DNA from: a virus
Virus record (IMG/VR): IMGVR_UViG_3300045988_058293
Span: 1 to 38,254 of that record
Direction: 5' to 3' (one strand)
Length of the DNA: 38,254 nt
Positions 22,948-31,782 of this stretch are shown here, piece after piece (positions within the stretch are counted from its first letter, which is position 1; each line of letters opens with the position of its first letter). Position numbers and translations under genes: made by a program. Under the pieces are notes generated by a model. The model saw nothing but the letters and a program-made list of their open reading frames with translations, made no database searches and was not told where the DNA came from.

Positions 22948-23035
22948 CACCTGCGAGGGTGCTTTTATTATGCCCGAAACGTGAAGGCATTAAAAGCAAC
23001 GGAATAGTTCACGTACTTAAAACGGAGGTATGAAG

Positions 23036-23629
23036 ATGGTAAAGAAATGGAATTTACAGCTTTTCGCAGACGGCGGCGAAGGCGGCTCGGCAGCGGGTGT
23101 AGCAACGAGCACAACAGCCGGAAATGGTGACGGCGGCCAGAATGCCGGTAGTTCAGCAACTTACACATTCGAGCAGGCGGAGGAAATTGCTACAGCGCGA
23201 GCACAGAGGGCAGAGGCAGCGGCTTTGAAATCTTATTTTGAGCAGCACGGGCTTAGTGAGGACGAAGTAAAGCGGGCCATGGAAGACTACAAGACAAATA
23301 AAGAAAAGAATAAGCCCAACATTTCCGCGGTCGAACTCGAACGGGATAAATATAAGACAGAATTCGAACAGCTTAAAAATACAGGGATTTTGAGAGACAA
23401 AGGTGTAAAACCTGATGATCTCGATTACGTGCTATTCAAAGTCAATCAGAAGGTTACGGATAAGCTTCCTTTTGACAAGGCGGCAGCGGAATTCTTGAAG
23501 GAGAATCCGAGGTTCGCAGGCCAAACGTCATATAAAGTGACAACCTCGACCCATACGGGAGGCGCCGGAGCTTCTGAGGACACGAACGACTATATTAATA
23601 ACGCCATAAGAATGGCGGCCAGACGATAG
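23036..23629 (+). CDS. Scaffolding protein
   Basis: ATG at 23036, 7 nt after acggaggt. MVKKWNLQLFADGG leader. Charged and helical. Lies upstream of the capsid gene. Confidence 0.7.
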   Translation: MVKKWNLQLFADGGEGGSAAGVATSTTAGNGDGGQNAGSSATYTFEQAEEIATARAQRAEAAALKSYFEQHGLSEDEVKRAMEDYKTNKEKNKPNISAVELERDKYKTEFEQLKNTGILRDKGVKPDDLDYVLFKVNQKVTDKLPFDKAAAEFLKENPRFAGQTSYKVTTSTHTGGAGASEDTNDYINNAIRMAARR

Positions 23630-23639
23630 GAGGTCAAAT

Positions 23640-24632
23640 ATGAGACATAAGTACAATTTACAGATTTTTGCAGATGATACATTAATTATCGACAGAAACG
23701 GGTCAGATTCCTTGATTCCCGAAGAGAAAGCCCGGGAAATCATTCAGGGGGTAGTAACACAGTCTACAGTACTTGCAAGGGGCCGCAAGCTTCCCAATAT
23801 GTCCAGCAAAACATATAAGATGCCGGTGCTTGATATGCTCCCGATTGCTTACTTTGTGGACGGAGATACTGGTGCCAAAAAGACCACAAAACAGCAGTGG
23901 GACAAGAAGGTCATTACAGCGGAGGAAATCGCCGTTATCGTTCCGATTCCGGAAGCTGTACTTGATGATTCTGACTATGATATTTGGGGAGAGGTAAAAC
24001 CGAGAATCGTTGAAGCGTTTGGAAAGGTGATTGACAGTGCAATCCTTTTTGATGTTGATAAGCCTACTTCTTGGAGGGACGGGCTTGTTACTACAGCGAA
24101 TAAAGCGAATGCAGTTGTAACGCTTGCCGAAGGCGATTCTCTGTATGACAAGATTATGTCTGAGAATGGCGTAATTGCAAAGGTTGAGGATTCCGGTTAC
24201 TTTGTAAACGGCCACATGGCGGATATCTCGATGAGAGCAAAGCTGAGAGGATTAAAGGATACGACAGGTAATCCAATCTTTAAATCCGATATGCAGGGCG
24301 GCACTACATACTCCCTGGACGGAAGCCCGATGAATTTCCCGAACAACGGGGCCTTTGATAAGTCAAAAGCACTGATGATCTCGGGTGATTTCAACCAAAT
24401 GGTATATGCAATCCGTCAGGACATTACCTTTAAACTGTTTACAGAAGGCGTTGTACAGAATACAGATGGTACTATCGCTTATAACCTGATGCAGAATGAT
24501 ATGGTTGCATTAAGGGCCGTGATGCGTCTGGGATGGGAGATTCCGAACCCGATTAACCCCGTTAAGAGCGACAAAACAAAACGTTGCCCGTTTGCGGTTT
24601 TAAAGGCTGGAGCTGCAACACCGACAGAATAA
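23640..24632 (+). CDS. Major capsid protein (HK97-fold type)
   Basis: 330 aa following the scaffold gene. MRHKYNLQIFADDT leader. Confidence 0.8.
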   Translation: MRHKYNLQIFADDTLIIDRNGSDSLIPEEKAREIIQGVVTQSTVLARGRKLPNMSSKTYKMPVLDMLPIAYFVDGDTGAKKTTKQQWDKKVITAEEIAVIVPIPEAVLDDSDYDIWGEVKPRIVEAFGKVIDSAILFDVDKPTSWRDGLVTTANKANAVVTLAEGDSLYDKIMSENGVIAKVEDSGYFVNGHMADISMRAKLRGLKDTTGNPIFKSDMQGGTTYSLDGSPMNFPNNGAFDKSKALMISGDFNQMVYAIRQDITFKLFTEGVVQNTDGTIAYNLMQNDMVALRAVMRLGWEIPNPINPVKSDKTKRCPFAVLKAGAATPTE

Positions 24633-24645
24633 GGAGGAAAAGCGG

Positions 24646-25047
24646 ATGTATGTAAGTTATAGTTATTATAGAAATGAATATGGCGGAATCATGCCAGAAG
24701 AACGTTTTACGACCTGTTCCAGGCGTGCAGAAACATATATCCGCTATCTCACTTGTTTTAATGGCAATGTATTTGCAGTAGAATCTGAGTCTATAAAACA
24801 GGCGGTATGTGCTGCCGCAGATGTATATTATGAAGCAGATGAGGCGGTACAGAAAGAGGTTAAATCAGAAAATAACGACGGGTGGTCGGCCAGCTATGTA
24901 ACGGAGCAAAAGGACGGTCAGACGCGGGAGGAATTAATAAAAAAGAAGGCTTACGAGGCTGTATATATGTATCTCCTTCCTTCCGGCTGGCTAAATCGGA
25001 AGGTGAGGTGTCACAATGACCACGAATGCAGACATAACGGTCTATAA
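24646..25047 (+). CDS. Head-tail connector (gp6-like) protein
   Basis: Called from position and size. aaggagga RBS. Confidence 0.55.
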   Translation: MYVSYSYYRNEYGGIMPEERFTTCSRRAETYIRYLTCFNGNVFAVESESIKQAVCAAADVYYEADEAVQKEVKSENNDGWSASYVTEQKDGQTREELIKKKAYEAVYMYLLPSGWLNRKVRCHNDHECRHNGL

Positions 25048-25414
25048 CTCTTTTTTAAACCCTGATACGCGGCTGAGGGAATGGCGGAGGACAGTCATAA
25101 AAATGGTATGGTTCTATGTTGACAATAAAGTCAACTTAACGGACGGCGGCCTTGCTTCTGCGGATTCCTTTAAAGTGCGAATACCAATAAATGCAGAGTT
25201 TTCCGGGACAAGATACGTTCCGCCTGAAGAGTACACGGGCATGGAAAATACATGGACATTAAAAAACGATGATTACATAGCGCGCGGAGCCATAGCAAAG
25301 GAGATAGAGAAGCCTTCTGATTTGCAGAAGGAACGATATCAGGTGTTTAAAATCACATCATGGTCTGATAATCGTTTTGGCGGCTTGCAGCACTGGAGAG
25401 TGGGTGGTATTTAA
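25016..25414 (+). CDS. Head closure / head-tail joining protein
   Basis: Called from position in the connector module. ggtgaggtg RBS. Confidence 0.5.
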   Translation: MTTNADITVYNSFLNPDTRLREWRRTVIKMVWFYVDNKVNLTDGGLASADSFKVRIPINAEFSGTRYVPPEEYTGMENTWTLKNDDYIARGAIAKEIEKPSDLQKERYQVFKITSWSDNRFGGLQHWRVGGI

Positions 25415-25815
25415 TGGCGCAGAAAAGAGTGTTTCAGATATCAACACCGCGCGGTGAATTATACCAGAAGAAGAGCAGCAACGGTAGTGTAACCGCTCAT
25501 TTAGAGTGGTCGCCGGGGTTCGGGGAAAAGAAGGCAAAAGGGTTTGCAAGTGCGCAGGAATTTATTGATTCTGAATGTTTACGGTATATGGACCCTTTAA
25601 CCCCTCGCAGGACCGGGTATATGATTAAGTCTGCACAACTTGGAACTGTAATTGGAAGCGCCGAGATTGAATATCTTGCTCCATATGCCCGCAAACACTA
25701 TTATGAAAGTAATGGCGACAATGGCAACCGGGGGAAATTATGGTTTGAACGTATGAAGACCGCGAAGGCCGAAACGATCCAGAAGGGGGCGAAAAAGATT
25801 ATTGCGAACAATTAA
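25414..25815 (+). CDS. Head-tail joining (HK97 gp10-like / minor capsid) protein
   Basis: TAATG overlap with the previous gene. Positional call. Confidence 0.5.
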   Translation: MAQKRVFQISTPRGELYQKKSSNGSVTAHLEWSPGFGEKKAKGFASAQEFIDSECLRYMDPLTPRRTGYMIKSAQLGTVIGSAEIEYLAPYARKHYYESNGDNGNRGKLWFERMKTAKAETIQKGAKKIIANN

Positions 25816-26224
25816 TCAGGATTCGATAATTGGGGCACTCAGGAAATACTTTATGCAGTGTCCGTTTTTACATGATGGGGAATTTAACATTGATTATCTG
25901 CCAAACAGCCGGGCTTATAGCCTGGACCCCATACCGGCTGATCCGGCATACAAGGAATACGTGGACGGCGGAAAAGTATATCAATTCCAGTATTCTTTCA
26001 CCTCAAAGGAATCTTACGACGGAGACGCCCGTACCATGATAGATAATTCATATTTCTATCAGAATTTGTCAAATTGGGTAGAAGAGCAGAATGATAATGA
26101 TATCCTGCCGAAACTGGAAGGATATTCAGCTATTTCTAATGTCATGATATCAAGCTACTATCTTTTTGACTCAGACGGTGACCTTGCGAGATATCAGATA
26201 CAATTAAGATTACTCTATGAATAG
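25802..26224 (+). CDS. Tail completion / terminator-like protein
   Basis: TTG start overlapping the upstream gene. Lies immediately upstream of the major tail gene. Confidence 0.45.
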   Translation: MRTINQDSIIGALRKYFMQCPFLHDGEFNIDYLPNSRAYSLDPIPADPAYKEYVDGGKVYQFQYSFTSKESYDGDARTMIDNSYFYQNLSNWVEEQNDNDILPKLEGYSAISNVMISSYYLFDSDGDLARYQIQLRLLYE

Positions 26225-26235
26225 GAGGAAATAAC

Positions 26236-26760
26236 ATGGCAACAGTTGATAAAATTAATGAGGCAAAGTTGGTAAAGCGTTCAAAACGTCTGTCTTTTAT
26301 GAACGTCGGTGAGAGTGCAGAATCTAAACTTGTGCGTATGCAGGGATTTACATCCATGTCAGAATCGAAAAGCCCAAAACAGTATACGAGGACATATGCG
26401 GATGAGGACTCGGAGCGCTCCGATGTGGTTGGTTATGCAACACAGATCGGATACAGTTTTGACCGTCACAGCCCGCTCTCGGTACATGAGAAAATTGCAG
26501 AGATCACGGACGGAGAGTATACCGGATCAGATGCTTATGTCGAGATTGTAACGGTAGACCTTTTTACAGAAGGGGAGAAGAAGGTCGCACGGAAGCGTAC
26601 CTATGCAGTTATGCCGGATACGACTGGAGACGGTAACGATGCATTAATCTATTCCGGTAATTTCCGGGCAATCGGAGAAATGACACTTGGAAAAGCAACA
26701 TCTGCCGATAACTGGCAGACAGCCACATTTACAGCCGATGCGGTAGCACCAGCAGAATAA
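26236..26760 (+). CDS. Major tail protein
   Basis: 174 aa with taggagga RBS. Lies upstream of the chaperones and the tape measure gene. Confidence 0.7.
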   Translation: MATVDKINEAKLVKRSKRLSFMNVGESAESKLVRMQGFTSMSESKSPKQYTRTYADEDSERSDVVGYATQIGYSFDRHSPLSVHEKIAEITDGEYTGSDAYVEIVTVDLFTEGEKKVARKRTYAVMPDTTGDGNDALIYSGNFRAIGEMTLGKATSADNWQTATFTADAVAPAE

Positions 26761-26781
26761 TATTAGTAGAGGAGTGAGCCT

Positions 26782-27174
26782 ATGAGCCAGAAATGGAGTT
26801 ATAACAATCTTGAATTTGAAGTGGATTTATTAGATGTAGATTTTGCAGAGCGTTACGAAAAAGCATTTAAGCAGATGGAAGAGGACGAAAAACGAGTACA
26901 GAAGGCAGGTACAACGAGCGAGGTAATACGTGGGTATTGTGAACTCTTTTTCAACCTGTTCGATGGTATTTATGGAAAAGGGACTTCTGAAAAGATGTTT
27001 GAAGGAAAAGTAAATGCTGGTATGTGTGATACGGCCTATTCTGCTTTTATTGACGGCGCACGGCGCAGTAATCAGGAGGCTATGCAGCGCAGAGGTCAGT
27101 TGTTTAATAAGTATGCGCCACAGCAGAACAGGCAGCAGAGAAGACATAACCGGACTGGCGGCGGTAATAAATGA
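26782..27174 (+). CDS. Tail assembly chaperone
   Basis: Called from position. Basic C-terminal tail (QQNRQQRRHNRTGGGNK). Confidence 0.55.
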   Translation: MSQKWSYNNLEFEVDLLDVDFAERYEKAFKQMEEDEKRVQKAGTTSEVIRGYCELFFNLFDGIYGKGTSEKMFEGKVNAGMCDTAYSAFIDGARRSNQEAMQRRGQLFNKYAPQQNRQQRRHNRTGGGNK

Positions 27175-27749
27175 ATCTCATCTATGACAGATACCCCAAT
27201 ACAGTAATGTTGAATGGAAAGAAACGCGAGATTGTAACAGACTTTAAGGACTGGCTACGGTTTGTTGATCTCCTAAAAGATGAAGAGTATGGACCTGAAG
27301 CAAAATTCGAGTCCATACTCTTATTTTACCTTAGTCCTCTTCCAATTACGGAGCAGGCTGGTGCTTTTAAACCTCTGATTGATTTTTTTAAAATGGCAGA
27401 GGCAGAAATGGGAAACCAACAACCTGAGTACGAGGAAGAATATGGCGAAACACCCGTTATAAAGCCACTATATGATTTCCAGATTGATGCATCGTGTATT
27501 ATCTCCGGTTTTTGGCATGACTACCGGATAGACTTAACAAGAGCACATATGCACTGGTGGAAGTTTAGGATACTTTTAGACGGACTGTCTGCTGATACGG
27601 AATTCAAACAGCGTGTTATGTACCGGAATACAGATGCATCACGGATTAAGGATATTGAGGAACGCAATCGTATTTTACGGATACAGAGAAAGATTGCAAT
27701 TCCGCAGCCTGCCCCATCTGATGATGAGATCGGAGGTATGTTCTGGTGA
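27171..27749 (+). CDS. Phage Gp15-like tail assembly protein
   Basis: YDRYPNTVMLNGKKREIVTDFKDWLRF resembles the Phage_Gp15 family found upstream of tape measure genes. Confidence 0.6.
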   Translation: MNLIYDRYPNTVMLNGKKREIVTDFKDWLRFVDLLKDEEYGPEAKFESILLFYLSPLPITEQAGAFKPLIDFFKMAEAEMGNQQPEYEEEYGETPVIKPLYDFQIDASCIISGFWHDYRIDLTRAHMHWWKFRILLDGLSADTEFKQRVMYRNTDASRIKDIEERNRILRIQRKIAIPQPAPSDDEIGGMFW

Positions 27750-27961
27750 GATGCATGGAAGGTATAAACTGTTTTGTAACAGTGAATGAGAAAGAACTTT
27801 CTCACGAATTACCTAAAATTAAGAAACCGCCAACTAGGCGTGATTGGTATCAATGCCCCCATTGCGGAAAGAATGCTGTGTTATATGACAACACAGCACA
27901 GAGCAATGGTGTATACATGAAATGTAAAGAGTGTAAAAAAGAATTTGAAATAAAGTTATAG
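27746..27961 (+). CDS. Zinc-ribbon protein (Cys_rich_KTR-like), 71 aa
   Basis: WYQCPHCGKNAVLYDN...YMKCKECKKEFEI provides two CxxC pairs. GTGA overlap with the upstream gene. Confidence 0.55.
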   Translation: MRCMEGINCFVTVNEKELSHELPKIKKPPTRRDWYQCPHCGKNAVLYDNTAQSNGVYMKCKECKKEFEIKL

Positions 27962-28003
27962 CATATGTGAGCCTGTGAGCCGTGCTACTGCGAAAGGAGT
28001 AGT

Positions 28004-31000
28004 ATGGCTTATTTTGACTTACAGATATTTGCCGCTGACGGGCATTTAAATTTTGATACAAAGATTGATGAAAAAGGGTTTTCAGGTGGCATAAAAAAGC
28101 TGGGAAGTATTGCAAAAGGCGGCCTTTCTATACTGGGAGGCGCCATAGCGGGAGTTACAGGAGCCATGGGCGCCGGGATTACTGCCGGCATGAAATATAA
28201 TGCAGATATGCAGATGTATATGGCTAATTTCAGCACCATGTTAGGTAGTGAGGAATCCGCTGTAAAATTCGTGGACCAGTTAAAAGAAACTGCCGCTAAA
28301 ACGCCATTTGAAATGTCAGATTTATCAAATGCATCAAAGACTCTACTTGCGTTTGGATCGACTGCGGATAATGCAAATGACCAGATCAAGATGCTTGGTG
28401 ATATTTCTCTTGGTAATGCAGAAAAGTTGAAGACACTTTCCACTGCATTTGGGCGTATCCAGTCAAACGGAAAAGCTTCCATGGAAGAAATTAATATGAT
28501 GATTGACAGCGGATTTAATCCACTGAATATCATAGCTGGTAAGACCGGAGAAACCATGGAACAGGTCCGGGACCGTGTATCGAAGGGTAAAGTATCCTTT
28601 GAAGAATTAAACGGCGCCATGGTACAGGCAACATCTGAGGGCGGACAATTTTATAAAGGCATGGAAAAGGCAAGTACTACAATGGACGGTCTTATTTCTA
28701 CCTTGAAAGACAACGCCATGGCATTATTGGGGGAGGTAGTACAACCTCTAACCGACACTATGACCAATACGCTCTTGCCGCAGGCCATTGATACAATCGA
28801 TCAGTTATCAAATGCATTTAAAGAGGGTGGAGTCGATCAACTGCTAGATGTTGTATCCGATATTGCTGCTAATCTGGCACTTGGTATTGCACAGCAGCTC
28901 CCTATGATAATAGAAACGGGAATAGGTATTCTTGTTGGATTTATAGAGGCACTTAACGCAAATTTACCTATGTTTATGAAAGCTGGAGCAAGCCTGCTTG
29001 AAGCAATAGCAAACGGGCTTATGATCTTAATTCCAGCGTTGTTATCTTTAAGCTGGTCCATAGTATCAGGACTTATTTCGGGTTTATTGTCATACTCGGG
29101 TAAATTGCGCGAACAGGGGGCTAAGCTCCTTGATCTTGTGATTAATGGTATTACAACTACGCTTCCTAATCTCGTAAGTAAAGGGGGTGAGGTATGTGGC
29201 GAGTTTGTGGAAGGGGTATTAAGTAATCTTCCCGCTGTAATATCTGCCGGTGGAGATATCATAAATCGCCTCCTTGAAGCAGTTCTTACAGCTTACCCGA
29301 AACTCATTGAATCAGGAGCAAAGCTTGTTAGCAAACTTGCAAAAGGTATCCTGAACAATCTTCCCGCTGTATTAACATCTATAGCTTCTGTTCTGGCTCA
29401 ATTGCTTGCTACGATCGGTTCACATTTACCTGAGATATTACAGCAGGGAATTGAATTAATCGGGAAACTGGCAGTGGGACTTATAAAGGGGATTCCAGTA
29501 CTTATTTCTAAGATACCGGAAATTATCGAGTCAATCAAAAATGTGTTCTCTAAATTTGATTGGAAGAAGATCGGAAAAGACATTGTAGATGGGATTGCAA
29601 ATGGATTAAAAAATGCAGTTGGTGCGGTCGTTGATGCAGCGAAAGAGGTAGGAGAATCAGCTCTTAATGGCCTTAAGAATCTGCTTGGAATCCATTCCCC
29701 GTCCAGGGTATTCCGCGACGAGGTAGGCAGGAATATAGCGCTTGGTATTGCAGAAGGAATAAAAAGGAATAAGAAGTATGCAAAGAGCAGCGCGGAAGAG
29801 ATCGCGCAGGCAGTTCTCGATTCCGCAAAGAAGCGGCTGGACAACTACAAAGTATATAATAACCTCACACTTGCAGAAGAGGCGGCATATTGGGATGAAG
29901 CCAGAAAACAGGTGAAAGAAGGCACACAGGCAAAGATCGATGCAGATAAAGAATACTTTACGGCAAAGAAAGAACTTGAGAATCAGATGCTTCAGGCAGA
30001 GGAGAAGTACACTGATAATGTTGCAAAGGCATACGATGAGTTAAACGATAAGATTCTCGATCTGAATAAACAATATGAAGATGCAGTAAGTCAGAGGGCC
30101 GATGAAATAAAATCTGCATTCGGGCTTTTTGATGAATTTTCCATGGATACGGAATTGTCATCCGATGATCTTTTAAATAATCTCCAGTCTCAGGTTGATG
30201 GATTGCGTCAATGGAGAAGTAACCTTGATGAATTAAGCGACCGTGGAATTGGAAAGGAACTTCTGGAGGAATTACAGAATCTTGGACCAAAGGCGGCGGC
30301 AGAAATCCAGCTTTTAACAGAAATGAGTGACGATGAACTGGATGAGTATGTCGGCCTTTTTAAAGCCAAAAACCGTCTTGCCAGAAAGCAGGCCGTGGAA
30401 GAACTTGAACCGATGCGTCAGGACATAGCGGCTCAGATCACAAAGATGCAACAGGAAACCTCTGCGGAGCTTGCTAAGTACCAACAAGAATATATGACTT
30501 CCATGTTAGAACTTGGAGTATCACTGAATCAGCCGCTTGAGATAATGAAGCTTACCGCGGTACAAAATGCGGTTGAACTGGTTTCCGCAATGGCAGGATC
30601 AGTAAAAGAAGCGTCAGGAACAACCGAGAACATGGACAAATTTAAAGCAATTGCACAGAATGTTTTAGGTGCCGTACAGACCCTTCCTACGGATATGACG
30701 CAATTAGGGAAAGATGCAATTAACGGAATGATCGATGGCATAAAGGCTATGTCTGGCAATCTGTATACGGCTATGTCTGATGTTGTAGGGAATGCCATGC
30801 GAAGCGCCATAGATGCAGTTACAGCGGGGAATGCGGTTGATGCAGCACTCGCCGGCACCGGATATGTGACCGGCACGGCAGCAATCCCGGCATCAAGCTA
30901 TGGGAATGAAGGGTATGGTCCCGGATATGCAATTGACTATAAACGCATGGGACTTGAAATGGGCCGGGCTATGGAGCAAACGGGCGTGTATATGGATAAT

Positions 31001-31084
31001 AAAAAGGTCGGTAATCTCGTATCGGAGCCAGTAAATGAAAACCTTGGTAACGCATCTAAAACAGAGGAAAGAGGTGTTATGTAA
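28004..31084 (+). CDS. Tape measure protein
   Basis: 1026 aa, helical and Gly/Ala-rich. Canonical position. N-terminus MAYFDLQIFAADG. Confidence 0.9.
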   Translation: MAYFDLQIFAADGHLNFDTKIDEKGFSGGIKKLGSIAKGGLSILGGAIAGVTGAMGAGITAGMKYNADMQMYMANFSTMLGSEESAVKFVDQLKETAAKTPFEMSDLSNASKTLLAFGSTADNANDQIKMLGDISLGNAEKLKTLSTAFGRIQSNGKASMEEINMMIDSGFNPLNIIAGKTGETMEQVRDRVSKGKVSFEELNGAMVQATSEGGQFYKGMEKASTTMDGLISTLKDNAMALLGEVVQPLTDTMTNTLLPQAIDTIDQLSNAFKEGGVDQLLDVVSDIAANLALGIAQQLPMIIETGIGILVGFIEALNANLPMFMKAGASLLEAIANGLMILIPALLSLSWSIVSGLISGLLSYSGKLREQGAKLLDLVINGITTTLPNLVSKGGEVCGEFVEGVLSNLPAVISAGGDIINRLLEAVLTAYPKLIESGAKLVSKLAKGILNNLPAVLTSIASVLAQLLATIGSHLPEILQQGIELIGKLAVGLIKGIPVLISKIPEIIESIKNVFSKFDWKKIGKDIVDGIANGLKNAVGAVVDAAKEVGESALNGLKNLLGIHSPSRVFRDEVGRNIALGIAEGIKRNKKYAKSSAEEIAQAVLDSAKKRLDNYKVYNNLTLAEEAAYWDEARKQVKEGTQAKIDADKEYFTAKKELENQMLQAEEKYTDNVAKAYDELNDKILDLNKQYEDAVSQRADEIKSAFGLFDEFSMDTELSSDDLLNNLQSQVDGLRQWRSNLDELSDRGIGKELLEELQNLGPKAAAEIQLLTEMSDDELDEYVGLFKAKNRLARKQAVEELEPMRQDIAAQITKMQQETSAELAKYQQEYMTSMLELGVSLNQPLEIMKLTAVQNAVELVSAMAGSVKEASGTTENMDKFKAIAQNVLGAVQTLPTDMTQLGKDAINGMIDGIKAMSGNLYTAMSDVVGNAMRSAIDAVTAGNAVDAALAGTGYVTGTAAIPASSYGNEGYGPGYAIDYKRMGLEMGRAMEQTGVYMDNKKVGNLVSEPVNENLGNASKTEERGVM

Positions 31085-31782
31085 TGCCGATGGGGATTAC
31101 TTTCAATGATGAAAAACATTCATACCGCGACTTCGGCCTCCGAATCATTTCGGTTAATATCGGACTTCCAGAAGTGAAAAAGAGCCTGATTGATATACCA
31201 GGTGCCGATGGGTACGTTGATATGACGGACTACTTCGGCACCCGGTATGAAAACCGGAAAATAAAAATAGAATGTGATTTTGAGGATAAGGGATATAGTA
31301 ATTGGGCCGCGAGAATCAGCGATATCAGCAACTATCTGCATGGTAAGCGGGTAAAACTAATCTTTGATTTTGACGAGGGTTACTACTATGATGGCCGTGG
31401 AATATGCGAATACGATAAGGGCAACCGAATCTATGGGAAAATAACCCTTACGTTTGATTGCAAGCCGTATAAACTGGACCTGCTTGCGTCAGATGAAGAC
31501 TGGTTGTGGGACCCGTTTGATTTTGAAACCGGAGTAATACGGGAGTATGGAAATATTACCGTGAATGGTACATATGATCTCGTTGTTGACGGCAGCCCAA
31601 TGCCTGTAATACCAAAAATTGTATGTTCTGCGGCTATGAAAGTAACATTCGATGGCAATGAGTACAATTTAGGAGCCGGTGAGAATTATATCACTGATAT
31701 ATCAATCGGAACTGGAGAGTATCGATTACAGTTCACCGGAGCCGGAATTGTAACGGTGATATACCGGGGAGGGAGCCTGTAA
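31084..31782 (+). CDS. Distal tail protein (Dit)
   Basis: ITFNDEKHSYRDFGLRIISVNIGLPEVKKSLIDIPGADGYVD is a typical Sipho_tail N-terminus. ATGTAATG junction with the tape measure gene. Confidence 0.8.
   Translation: MPMGITFNDEKHSYRDFGLRIISVNIGLPEVKKSLIDIPGADGYVDMTDYFGTRYENRKIKIECDFEDKGYSNWAARISDISNYLHGKRVKLIFDFDEGYYYDGRGICEYDKGNRIYGKITLTFDCKPYKLDLLASDEDWLWDPFDFETGVIREYGNITVNGTYDLVVDGSPMPVIPKIVCSAAMKVTFDGNEYNLGAGENYITDISIGTGEYRLQFTGAGIVTVIYRGGSL

Noticed and set aside
26782-27749. Programmed -1 frameshift between the tail chaperone genes
   Set aside because: The two ORFs are joined by a simple ATGA stop/start overlap and the second has its own start codon. No slippery heptamer was recognised by eye.
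28009-30876. Several 110-203-aa minus-strand ORFs inside the tape measure gene
   Set aside because: These are shadow ORFs on the antisense strand of a long Ala/Gly/Leu-rich gene. They have no RBS and no independent signals. The same applies to the antisense ORFs inside the recombinase (16390-17044), terS/terL, the portal gene and Tal.
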